Part shown: positions 19,519 to 28,622 of the stretch, piece by piece | Numbering within the stretch: the first letter of the stretch is position 1 | Layout of the letters: each line of letters opens with the position of its first letter | Assembly: GCA_918797485.1 (NCBI GenBank) | Contig: CAKKNE010000002.1 | Coordinates: forward strand, 2,356,001-2,420,000 | Origin: Pelagomonas calceolata | Taxonomy: Eukaryota | Direction: 5' to 3' | DNA length: 64,000 nucleotides | Notes under the pieces: generated by a model | Told to the model about the DNA's origin: nothing | The model's input: the letters and a program-made list of their open reading frames with translations, nothing else | The model's database searches: none | Translations under genes and position numbers: made by a program

Positions 19519-21849
19519 TTAGGCGCTACGAGCGGCTCGCCTGGGCGCCGCAGGGCGCGTCCGCGGCGCCGGCGGCTTGAGACGCTTCGCCGAGGGCTTG
19601 GCCGCCGGGCGCCGCCCGGATTTCTTCGTGCGGGCGCGGCGGCGATCGTCGGGCGTCGGCCGCGGCGTCGGCGCGCTGCGCTTAGGCTTGGGCCTGGGCG
19701 TCGACGCCGCAGCCTCGAGCCGCCGCCGCTTGGCCTCGCGCCTGGCCTTGCACTCTTCGCAGTAGAACTCGCCGCGCGGCAGGCGCGTGATCCCAACGCA
19801 CGCAAAGTGGAACCAGTTGTCGCAGCCGCCGTCGCAGCCGACCATCGAGCCGTGGTACGGACCGTTGCAAATGCAACCGCGCCAGTCGGCCCACTCGTCG
19901 CCGACCGCCGCGCGCCACTCCGTCAGCTCCTCGTCGGCGGCCGCGGGCTCCGCCTCGACGACAGGGTCCGGCGGCGGCGAGGCGGCGCGGACCCACTCGC
20001 CCCTGGCGCCGTCCCAGGTCGCGCCGAGGGGCGCGTGCCCGTGCGGCTTCGGGACCTTGCCGGGCGTGACGACCGCGCTCGGCGCGGCGGCGGCCGCGGC
20101 CGCGGGGCCGGGCGTGACGACCGCGCTCGGCGCGGCGGCAGGCGCGGCGGCGGGCGCGGCCCGGCCGGTCGTCTGCGGGCGCGGCAGCGGGACGTTCGCG
20201 ACGTCCGCGCCCGGCGCGCAGATCGCCGAGAGGTAGGCGTAGTAGGGCCCGTAGCCGCCCCGGACCCAGGCGTTGGGCGCCGGGAAGGCCTCGCCGGGCA
20301 CGACCGCGCCCGGCGCCGCGGCGCGGAGGCGGTCGAGGCCGATGGCCGCGAAGACCTCCGCTCCGATGGGTATGAGCGCCTTCAGGTGGCCCGCCGCCGC
20401 CGCCGCGCGGACGACGTGCTTCGTGTAGAGCTCCCACGAGAGCGTCAGCGCGGGCGTCTTGCACCGCTTCGGCGGCCGCTCCTTCGCCTTGCGCTGGACC
20501 TCGCCGTTCCGCGCCGACCGCACGTAGTACGTCGCCTGGGGGATGTACCAGCCGACGACGCACGTGTCGAGGAGCCAGATGCCCCGCGCCTTGAGGTCGC
20601 GCATGACGCGGAACTTCGCCGCGAGCCGGTCCGCGAGCCGCGGCGAGCCCAGCTTCAGGACGTCGCTGAGCTGGCCGCCCGGGCCGACGACCGGCGTCGC
20701 GGGCGTGGCCGGCGCGAGCTCGCGGCTGCACGCCGCGAGGAGCTGCCAGAACTGCGTCGAGCCCCGGTCGGCGGCGCGCCCGTCGGCGCAGAGGGCCTGC
20801 TCGCCGTAGCCGAGGCAGTTCACGAGGCGCACGTAGCCGCGCGGGCCGTCGTAGCCGTGCTCCCGCCGCAGGCGCTCGAACGCCGCGTCGGACAGCCGCT
20901 TCGCCGCCTGCTCCTCCGGCGCCGTGAAGACGTGCGACTCCGCGAGGACGATGGCCCGCACCTCGTCGGGCTTCCAGTGGTCGTAGTACTCCTTCGCCAG
21001 GCGCACGCTCGACAGGTCCTCGCAGTCGCCGTCGGGCAGCGCCGCGGCGCACGCGCCGGTCGCCGCCGCCAGCATCGCGTCGGTGGGCGGGGCAAAGCCC
21101 GCGACCGTGTCGCCCGTCGCGATGAGGTCGACCGACGCGGCGTGCGCGGCGAGCGCGGCGCGGAACGGCGTCTCCGTCGCCCGCAGCGCGGCGTCGTCCT
21201 CCGGCTCCGGCGCGGGCGCGTCGTCGTCCGCCACGGGCTCCGGCGCGGGCGCGTCGTCGTCCGCCACGGGCTCCGGCGCGGGCGCGTCGTCGTCTGCCAC
21301 AGGCTCCGGGGCGGGCGCGGCGCCGTCCGCCACAGGCTCCGGGGCGGGCGCGGCGCCGTCCGCCACAGGCTCCGGCGCGGGTGCGTCGTCGTCGGCGTCC
21401 GGCTCGGGCGCCGCCGGCCCGGGCTCCGCGGCCGCGCGTCCTCGCGCGGCGCGGGCGGCCGCGACCGTGATGGGCGGATACGGCTGCAGGCCCGCCTTGA
21501 CGCGCTCGCCCGCGGGCGCCCAGCGCGGCGGCACGCAATTGCGCAGCCGCTGCTGCTCGTTCCAGACCTCGAGGAGCTCCGGCTGCGACTCGTGCCCGAA
21601 TTCCGGCAGCGGCGTGTTCGGCGGTGGTGATGATCGTGGCGGCGTCGGCGTGACGCGCGGCGGCCTCGCGTCGCTCGACACCGGCGCCACGCAAATTCGC
21701 GCCACGCATTTCTTTCGCAAGGTTCCCGGGCCGCCGCGCTTGCGCATGTCGAGGCAGGGTTTGCACAAACCGCATTCCGGCGCGAGGCACGGGCCGCAGC
21801 GACCGCACGCCGACGAGCGCGCGCGTTTTTTTGGGGGTGCTTCGGCCAT
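19519..21849 (-). CDS. Chromatin protein: CXXC zinc finger + UDG-superfamily-like domain + PHD finger
   Basis: CGRCGPCLAPECGLCKPCLDMRKRGGPGTLRKKCVARIC (CXXC); CICNGPYHGSMVGCDGGCDNWFHFACVG...FYCEEC (PHD); central WKPDEVRAIVLAESH...GIWLLD...LIPIG...FPAPNA. Confidence 0.8.
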   Translation of the reverse strand: MAEAPPKKRARSSACGRCGPCLAPECGLCKPCLDMRKRGGPGTLRKKCVARICVAPVSSDARPPRVTPTPPRSSPPPNTPLPEFGHESQPELLEVWNEQQRLRNCVPPRWAPAGERVKAGLQPYPPITVAAARAARGRAAAEPGPAAPEPDADDDAPAPEPVADGAAPAPEPVADGAAPAPEPVADDDAPAPEPVADDDAPAPEPVADDDAPAPEPEDDAALRATETPFRAALAAHAASVDLIATGDTVAGFAPPTDAMLAAATGACAAALPDGDCEDLSSVRLAKEYYDHWKPDEVRAIVLAESHVFTAPEEQAAKRLSDAAFERLRREHGYDGPRGYVRLVNCLGYGEQALCADGRAADRGSTQFWQLLAACSRELAPATPATPVVGPGGQLSDVLKLGSPRLADRLAAKFRVMRDLKARGIWLLDTCVVGWYIPQATYYVRSARNGEVQRKAKERPPKRCKTPALTLSWELYTKHVVRAAAAAGHLKALIPIGAEVFAAIGLDRLRAAAPGAVVPGEAFPAPNAWVRGGYGPYYAYLSAICAPGADVANVPLPRPQTTGRAAPAAAPAAAPSAVVTPGPAAAAAAAPSAVVTPGKVPKPHGHAPLGATWDGARGEWVRAASPPPDPVVEAEPAAADEELTEWRAAVGDEWADWRGCICNGPYHGSMVGCDGGCDNWFHFACVGITRLPRGEFYCEECKARREAKRRRLEAAASTPRPKPKRSAPTPRPTPDDRRRARTKKSGRRPAAKPSAKRLKPPAPRTRPAAPRRAARSA
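21203..21400. repeat. 33-bp coding minisatellite, ~6 units (APAPEPVADDD/G)
   Basis: Tandem GGCTCCGGSGCGGGCGCG..GTCCGCCAC units. Confidence 0.85.
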
Positions 21850-22221
21850 GGTCGTTACGGAGAGCTTCACAGCACTGCTGGAGAGCTTGTTTTACACTGG
21901 CTCGGTGCCGCGAAAAAAGACGAGCTGCTGGTCCCGCACAAATGGTGCCCACAGCAATCGCCGGGCTGTTAGAATTTTAAACCGGGCGCGTTTTAGGTCT
22001 CCTCGCCTTCAGCGGAGGCGTACGGTGCTGCTCCTCGATCGTCTCTCAGATCTAGCCAACTGCGAAACAAACACTCGTCTGTTTTTCGACACCTGCAGAT
22101 CACTTCTCTTAGCGGCAAAGCTGCAAAGCAAAAAACGGTATTCACTGGGCCCCGCACCTTGGCAATGAGACTCGAGTACGATGAGGCAGCCCCTGCGGCC
22201 AGCCGCTCGATGCGATAGCTG

Positions 22222-23568
22222 ATGTGGAAGGCGTCGCTGCTGCTGGCCGCGGTCCGTGCCGACTTCGACGATGCCATGGTGGCGGCCGGGCAGCGGGGGC
22301 AGCGCAGGGCACACAAGGCGGGACCGGCGCTGCTGGACGTGCTGCGCGTGCCCGTGCGCACCGGCTGTGCGCTGACCTATGCGGCCGGCAACCGCACGCT
22401 GACGTTCCGCGGCGCGCGCCGCATCAGCTTCGACCCGGCGCAGGACTGCGACGGCGCCTGGCCGGCCTGCGGCGCCGGCGCGCCGCGGACGCCCCTGCTC
22501 TGCTCGTTGGGTGCAGGTGCGTCTCGCCCGCCGCGGCGCGCCCCCCTCGCGCTCGCGACGTCGGTCACGGACTTTCGGTTCCTCTGGCGCTTCTGGCGCT
22601 GGGCGGCGAACACGGCGTGCTACGCCTCGCAGCACGACCTCCCGTACTACGTCTTCGTCGGCACGCCGCTCAAGCGGGCGACGAAACGGAGCGCCGCGAC
22701 GACGTGCCCCGCGCGGAAGGAGGAGCTCCTGGGCCACACGTCGAAGGCCCTCTCGCTGCACGCGCTCGCGGCGCTGGGCGTGGCGGACCGCGTGCTCTTC
22801 CTGGACGCGCGACTTCTGTGCAGAAACCGAAATTTCACGGCGCCTTCGCGTCGACATCCACGCCATCGACGCGATGCCTGCTCGACGGCGTGGCGGTGCC
22901 CGTTCCCGACTCACTGGTTGATTTCCCCACAGGCGGACATCTGGATCGCGCGCCACGTGCCGCTCCGGGCCTTTCTCGAGGCCGCCGGCGCCGCGGACGT
23001 CGCCCTGCCGGCGCCCTGCTACCGCCAGCTCTTCGGCGCCGCCGTCGTGCTCGTGCGGTCGACGCCGTGGGCCGCCGGGTTCCTGGCCACGTGGTTCGGC
23101 CTGCGCTGCGGCCCGAAGGACCAGCCGTCGCTGTGGCACCTCGTCCTGCGGGCCGCGGGGCTCGACGGTGCCGCCGAAGAGGTGTTGAAACTCTACCACG
23201 ACGAGCGGTGCGTCGTCGACGGCGCGCTGACGAAGAACGAGTGCTCGTGCGTTGCAAGTGGCCGCGTCGCGGCCGACGACGCGACGTGCGGCTACTACGC
23301 GGCGTGGAAGGCGGCGAACCGCGCGTTCCTGGCCGGCGGCGCGTTCCCGCCGGGCGCCGTCGTCGACGCGGGCGACGTGTACGCGGTGCGGCGGCCGACG
23401 TTCGTCGAGGGCGGCCGCGTGGCGTACCTACCGAACGTCGGGTCCGGGTCGCTCCTCTGCGGCGCGGCGGCGCCGCTCCGCCACGTCAAGTTCCTCCGGA
23501 AGGAGGACCGCGACTTGCCGGCCGCGTGCCCCGCGCTGCCGCCGGGGACGGGGTGGAAGGGGGACTAA
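22222..23568 (+). CDS. Secreted/Golgi GT-A glycosyltransferase-like protein; join(22222..22806,22933..23568)
   Basis: Signal peptide; ACYASQHDLPY; after intron removal VLFLD|ADIWI (DxD motif); KDQPSLW. Confidence 0.65.
   Translation: MWKASLLLAAVRADFDDAMVAAGQRGQRRAHKAGPALLDVLRVPVRTGCALTYAAGNRTLTFRGARRISFDPAQDCDGAWPACGAGAPRTPLLCSLGAGASRPPRRAPLALATSVTDFRFLWRFWRWAANTACYASQHDLPYYVFVGTPLKRATKRSAATTCPARKEELLGHTSKALSLHALAALGVADRVLFLDARLLCRNRNFTAPSRRHPRHRRDACSTAWRCPFPTHWLISPQADIWIARHVPLRAFLEAAGAADVALPAPCYRQLFGAAVVLVRSTPWAAGFLATWFGLRCGPKDQPSLWHLVLRAAGLDGAAEEVLKLYHDERCVVDGALTKNECSCVASGRVAADDATCGYYAAWKAANRAFLAGGAFPPGAVVDAGDVYAVRRPTFVEGGRVAYLPNVGSGSLLCGAAAPLRHVKFLRKEDRDLPAACPALPPGTGWKGD
22816..22932 (+). 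mobile_element. Introner element (GC-AG intron 22807-22932, 126 nt, in frame)
   Basis: CTGTGCAGAAACCGAAATTT ... CACTGGTTGATTTCCCCACAG; degenerate TSD GCGCGACTT / GCGGACAT; internal CACGCCATCGACGCGA. Confidence 0.85.
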
Positions 23569-24240
23569 GTTTGTAGGTGTTGTGTTCGAAAAAATGGGAT
23601 TATTCACAACAAAAGACGACAGGAGAAGGGGGGGGCGTGGGGAGATATCAACTTCACTCGATGGTCCAGAGGCCGCTGTGGCACAGCTCTTCGATGACGG
23701 CGTAGTCCTTGACGAGCTGCTCGGCGTCGGCGTTGGCGAGCTTGACCGCACCGCCCCAGCCGAAGAGGTCCTTGGTCGGAGCGACGGCGGAATCGAGCTT
23801 GGCGTGGAATGTTGAGAGCTTTTTACTCAAGCTAAAAGAGAGAGCGCAACTTCTATATGAACAGAGGACCTCGCCAGCACCACCTATCCGCTCAGGGACG
23901 CGTGTGGCAGGAGTCTGCCCGCGACCACGGGTCCTTGAAGACGTATGCGACCCGCCGGGCGCGCGCTATGCCCACGGACAGGCGTTTCTTTGCATTCGTA
24001 CATACATTCGTCCCCACTTCGTATCCCGGGCTCGCAGGGAGTAGAAGGCCGCCCGTAGCCGTCTCTCCTCGGCGGGCTCAGGATGATCTTGTCACTGTTT
24101 CGGCGGGAGGCTCTCCAGCCGAGGGCAGCGTCGTGGTCCGCCCGAATAGCCAGACGCGCCCACGGAAAGGCAGCCCAAAACACGGACAGGGCCCAAAACA
24201 GCAGCCCACAACAGGACAGGGCCCAAAACAAAGGACAGCC

Positions 24241-25104
24241 ATGGACGAAGTCTACGAAGAGATCAAGGAAGCGGGCAACTACGTCGTCGACGGCGTGGAG
24301 AAGACGCTCACGGACGCCGCGAATTACGTCGAGGATGTGGTGGCCCCGGCCCCGCCGGTGGCGCGCACGCTCGACCCCGCGCACCCCGCGCCGCCGCCGC
24401 CGCCGGACGAGTTCGAGCAGCGCGACGGCCTGGGGCTGAGCCGCGACGACGTGCTCAAGGCGCCGGCGGCGGCCGAGGCCGACAAGCGCTGGGACTACAA
24501 GAAAATGTACGCGCGGCGGGTCGTCGTGCAGTGCCCGGTCCTCGCCGTCGCGCTCTACGTGGCCGTGGCGCAGTTCTACGACGTCGAGGCGCGGCTCGCC
24601 CTCGCGCGGTCCATGGACCTCGGCTGGGCCTTCCTCGCCTGGTACGTCGTCTACCTCGCGCGGCAGTCCGTGGCCATCAACGCGGCCGCGTGCCGCGCGG
24701 GGGCTCGGTGTCCGCGGCCGGACCAGCACGTCTACCGCATCGCGCACCCGGACTTCAACGAGAAGCCCTACGTCATGATGGCCAACGCCGGCCCGCAAGG
24801 GCGCTTCAACCGCGCGCAGCGGGCCGTCTTCAACTACGACGAGGCGCTGCCGCTTTTTCTCTCGGGCCTTCTCCTGAACGCGCTCCTCGGCCCCGCGGCC
24901 TTGATTCTGGCCGTGCTGAACGCGTCCGGCCGCCGCGCGTTCGCGCGCGCCTACACGGACTCGCTCGAGGGCCGCGGCGGCGGCTTCGTCCGGGCCGTCG
25001 CGCCGGAGCACGTGTCCGCGGCGCTGAATCTGGTCATCGCCGCGCTCATCTTCGCGCCCCGCTTCGACATAGACGTGCCGGCGCCGCCGAAGTTTCTCCC
25101 TTGA
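24241..25104 (+). CDS. MAPEG-family membrane protein
   Basis: RPDQHVY, GRFNRAQRAVFNYDEALPLF, GRRAFARAY...RGGGF; several TM segments. Confidence 0.75.
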   Translation: MDEVYEEIKEAGNYVVDGVEKTLTDAANYVEDVVAPAPPVARTLDPAHPAPPPPPDEFEQRDGLGLSRDDVLKAPAAAEADKRWDYKKMYARRVVVQCPVLAVALYVAVAQFYDVEARLALARSMDLGWAFLAWYVVYLARQSVAINAAACRAGARCPRPDQHVYRIAHPDFNEKPYVMMANAGPQGRFNRAQRAVFNYDEALPLFLSGLLLNALLGPAALILAVLNASGRRAFARAYTDSLEGRGGGFVRAVAPEHVSAALNLVIAALIFAPRFDIDVPAPPKFLP

Positions 25105-25145
25105 CTGATACGCCCCGCCCCTGCCGTCCTGTACGTAACACAGAT

Positions 25146-26082
25146 TCACTTAACTAACGGCGTGTCGCCGCGGGAGCCCCGCGCGCGCTTGCGGCACAGC
25201 GGGCACGTCACGACGACGGAGCGGCGCGTCGTGCCGACGCCCTTGCCGTGGCGCTCGAGCGTCGCCAGACACGACGCGTGGAAGGCGTGGGAGCAGGACA
25301 ACACCGTGACGTCGCGTACCTTGATGGGCGCGAGGCAAATGGAGCAGGGATCCGCGGGCGCCTTGGGCTTGGGCGTCGCGGGCGCCCGCTTCTTCGCCGG
25401 CTTCTGCGGCGTCTCCGGCGCGGCGCCGCCCTTCTTCGACTTCTTCCCCGCGAAGCGCGACACTTTCTTCGGCGCCGCGGGCGGAATCGGCGGCGGATCG
25501 CGGGGCAGGCCCGCCAAAACCGCCCTTATCCGGGCGTTCATGGGCTTGATCTCCGCGCCCTTGTCCTCCTCAGCGGCGTTACCTGTGTGGAAATCAAAAT
25601 TTTACGGCGCGTTCGTCCTGAATCGCCGCGTCGACCTCCACGCCATCGACGCGACCGACACTGGTTGATTTCCACACAGGGCGTTACAATAGGCGACGGC
25701 CGGGTCCCAGGTATTCTGTGAACAACTCCAGTCGTCCGCGAGGGAGTGCGGCGCCGCTTTACCCGACAATGGCCCAGGCAGCCGCCGCAGCGCCGCACAA
25801 GCCTTGCACTGCACAAAGTCCGCGACCAGCGCGAGCACGTACTTGGGGCTTCTCGCGACCTCGTCGTGCGGGCTGATCCAATACCTGTGTGGTGCGTGAG
25901 TCGCGGCGATGGCGTGACGGCGGGGACACCGTCGCGTACGGATCCCAGTGCGCCGGGTTCGAGACGCGCGGCACCGGCGCGCACCGCCAGCCCTCCAGGC
26001 GCGAGCGCGGCCAGCCGTGGCGTTCAATGTACGCCGCGGCGTCGGCGAGGCACTGGACTTCGAGGTCGGCGCTGCTGGCCAT
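25146..26082 (-). CDS. MBD-like + CW zinc finger + RING protein; join(26082..25940,25884..25688,25582..25146)
   Basis: Spliced product: LEGWRCAPVPRVSNPAHWDPYWISPHDEVARSPKYV (MBD-like); FVQCKACAALRRL...WSCSQNTWDPAVAYCNAAEE (zf-CW); CSICL...CSHAFHASC...CPLCR (RING-H2). Confidence 0.8.
25583..25679. mobile_element. Young introner element (GT-AG intron 25583-25687 on minus, 105 nt)
   Basis: Perfect 15-bp TIR CTGTGTGGAAATCAA/TTGATTTCCACACAG; perfect TSD GGCGTTAC at 25575-25582 and 25680-25687. Confidence 0.95.
25885..25939 (-). mobile_element. Highly decayed introner-derived GT-AG intron (55 nt)
   Basis: Ends CACCACACAG, contains CACGCCATCG; removal joins two ORF frames into WDPYWISP. Confidence 0.7.
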
Positions 26083-26567
26083 TTCTTTTTTTTTTTACGC
26101 TGTGTGCTTCTTTTACGCTATGTGAGCTCACGTGCTGCGCAAGCAGACGGATTGATGCCGGAAACCGCGGGCTCGCTGTAAGTAGCCTTGTAGGAGCACC
26201 TTATAAATGGAAGCCAGGAAGTGGTTGGCGCTTGTTCGCAGCTAAGAAGCAATCAAAGAACAGAGGAAAGCAACGGGAAATTAAAATGCTGCGCCGAAAC
26301 CGGTCGCAAAAGCGCGCGCGCGTCCTGGACGCCGGTATAGCAGTATTATAGCAGTATGCCTATGCATACCTAACATACCTGACCCCCCTTGCCTTCGATT
26401 TTTTTTTATCCTTTACCTGCCCACTCCTTAACATCCCCCGTGACGCGCAGCATACATAAATAGAAATCTTATAAACTTATGATTGAATCGAAGAGTTCCT
26501 ACCCACGAGTCTCACAGAGGCCCAGACGAGTTTTGCGCGATCAAAAGAGACATCACATAGAATTAAT

Positions 26568-27683
26568 TCATCGACCCGCCGCCTCGCGGAGGAGGTCCGA
26601 CAGGGACCGCTCCGCCGGTGGCGGCGGCGCTGCGGCGGCCTCGCGGTCCGCGGCCTCGCGGAGCAAATCGGAGAACGACGGCTCCGCGGGCGTCTCGCGG
26701 TCGGCCGCCTCGCGGAGTAGGTCGGAGAAGGACGCCTCCGGCGCGGCGGCCCGCGCCTTGACGGTGTGCTTGAGGCGCGCGGCGGCGGCGCCCGCTGCCT
26801 GAAGAACGCGTCCCGGGCCGACGATCGCGGCGTCCTCCTCGGCCTCCGGGGGAGCGGCCGGCGGCGCCGCCGTGAGCGAGGCGATCTCGATTGCGGCGCG
26901 GCGGATGTCGTCGTCGAAGACGCCTTTGGAAAGCTCTGCGCGGCCGATCGACGCTATCAGCGAGCGCGCCGGCCGCAGCCGCGCCGTCACGACGACGTCG
27001 AGCGTCGCCAACGCGAGGCGGCCCGACTCCGTCGACGACGGCACGTTGACGGTGACGCACAGGCGGCCCTCGAGGCTCGCCTCGCGGCCGAGCGCGACGT
27101 GGTACGTCGCGCCCGCAGCCGTGTTCGAGACGGCCGCTTGCGCGCCGCTCGCGTCGAGCGCGGAACCGAGCGCCACGAGGCAGTCTCCAAACAACGACTG
27201 GTTCGCGAGGCGCAGCAGGTACGCGTCGTCGCCCTCCAGCGCACCGAGCCGTGCGGCTGCGTCGGTCACCTCGACGCCGTCTTCCGTCACGACGAAAGTG
27301 TTCCGGGCGAGTTCCCGTTCGATGGTGTAACGCGCGAGCTCGGGTCGATCGTCGTAGTAGCGCCACGTGTCCACCGCGCCGGCCGACTTGAGCGTCCTGT
27401 CGACCGCTGCGGCGATCGCCGCGTCGGCGAGCGCCTGCTGCAGCGCGACGACGGCATCGCGCGCGCGACACTCGTCGGTTGTGAGCACGCGTTGCTGCGT
27501 CGGTGGTGCCGGCGGCACGGCTGTCGCTGTGGCTGGCCTGGCAGGTGCGCGTGCTGGCGACCGCGCGGACGTCGACGACGAGCGCTCGAGCGCGCACTCC
27601 GCCAGCAAGGCGTCCAGGCCGTCCGAGCCCGCATCACTCGTCACTTTTTTTGATCCAGCTGTGGGGAGTGCACGCGACCACAT
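26568..27683 (-). CDS. Hypothetical protein with three C-terminal S(F/L)SDLLREAA repeats
   Basis: Long ORF with host codon bias; no family recognised. Confidence 0.6.
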   Translation of the reverse strand: MWSRALPTAGSKKVTSDAGSDGLDALLAECALERSSSTSARSPARAPARPATATAVPPAPPTQQRVLTTDECRARDAVVALQQALADAAIAAAVDRTLKSAGAVDTWRYYDDRPELARYTIERELARNTFVVTEDGVEVTDAAARLGALEGDDAYLLRLANQSLFGDCLVALGSALDASGAQAAVSNTAAGATYHVALGREASLEGRLCVTVNVPSSTESGRLALATLDVVVTARLRPARSLIASIGRAELSKGVFDDDIRRAAIEIASLTAAPPAAPPEAEEDAAIVGPGRVLQAAGAAAARLKHTVKARAAAPEASFSDLLREAADRETPAEPSFSDLLREAADREAAAAPPPPAERSLSDLLREAAGR

Positions 27684-27870
27684 GAATTCTATGCAGCCTA
27701 TTGCGATCAATGCTTCCCGCAGCGGCTGGTGAGGTCTCTCTCACTGCATGCACTCCGCCAGGCCACACACACCCGGTCGACTAGCTCTACGGTAGTAGTG
27801 TGGGCTATAGCAGCGCTAAGTTTGCATCTGTGCCGGCGACAGGCCGCAAGCAGCCCAGGAGCCATCTACG

Positions 27871-27888
27871 CTAGTGTCTTACAGCTAG
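27871..27888 (-). promoter_or_regulatory. TGTAAGACACTAG motif, copy 2
   Basis: CTAGTGTCTTACAGCTAG, ~190 bp upstream of the minus-strand ATG at 27683. Confidence 0.55.
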
Positions 27889-27925
27889 CTCGATGTCACG
27901 CCATATTCTCGTATTTTCACAACAA

Positions 27926-28495
27926 TTAAGAAGAAGAAGAAGAAGACACCTCCGCATCCCTCGTCACGACCGCCGCGGCGCGGACGACGCGGTCGTGCAT
28001 CGTGTAGCCGCGCTGGAGCACTTCCGCGACGACCGGCGGTCCCGAGGGCGGAGACAAGGCCCGGAGCGCCTCCATGGTCGCCGGGTCGAACGCGTCGCCG
28101 GGCTCCGGCGCGAACGGGGTGACGTTATTTGCGGCGAGCGCCGCGTGGAGCTGCGCGTCCAATGCGTCGTAGGCCGCCGTGTCCGCGGAGCTTTGCCGTG
28201 CGAGCGCCAGCGAGTCCGCGACGCCGAAGAACGACGCCGCGACCTTTTGCGCGCCGAACCGCTTCGCCTCGGCGACGTCGCGGGCCGCCGTCCGCCGCGC
28301 CGCGTCGGCGTCGGCCTCGGCGGTCTTGACCACCGCCGTGAGGCGTCGCAGCGCGCGCCGGTCGCGGGCGCCGGCCATCAACATGCCCAGGCCAAGGCCC
28401 ACGCAGGCTGCTCCGGTTGCCACCTTGGCATCCCTCGCATCTATGCGCAGCCGGCGCCACTGCGCTCGCGCGGCGTCGACCGGGTCCCAGGCCAT
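27926..28495 (-). CDS. GrpE-like nucleotide exchange factor with N-terminal hydrophobic segment
   Basis: AKRFGAQKVAASFFGVADSLALA, PGDAFDPATMEA, VAEVLQRGYTMHDRVVRAAAVV. Confidence 0.85.
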   Translation of the reverse strand: MAWDPVDAARAQWRRLRIDARDAKVATGAACVGLGLGMLMAGARDRRALRRLTAVVKTAEADADAARRTAARDVAEAKRFGAQKVAASFFGVADSLALARQSSADTAAYDALDAQLHAALAANNVTPFAPEPGDAFDPATMEALRALSPPSGPPVVAEVLQRGYTMHDRVVRAAAVVTRDAEVSSSSSS

Positions 28496-28622
28496 CGCTA
28501 AGTATCACTTGCGCACTGCTGCGCGTTGTCGTGTGCCCGTGTGGTTACTGCTCCGGACTTGAGTGCTTTGGCTCTCAGCTAGCTGGCAGCCGTATTGTCA
28601 GGCCGATGAATGTTGAAAGAGT

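Noticed and set aside
18974..19522. ORFs between the 18281 gene and the CXXC gene
   Set aside because: No recognisable motifs or consistent codon bias; cannot be supported
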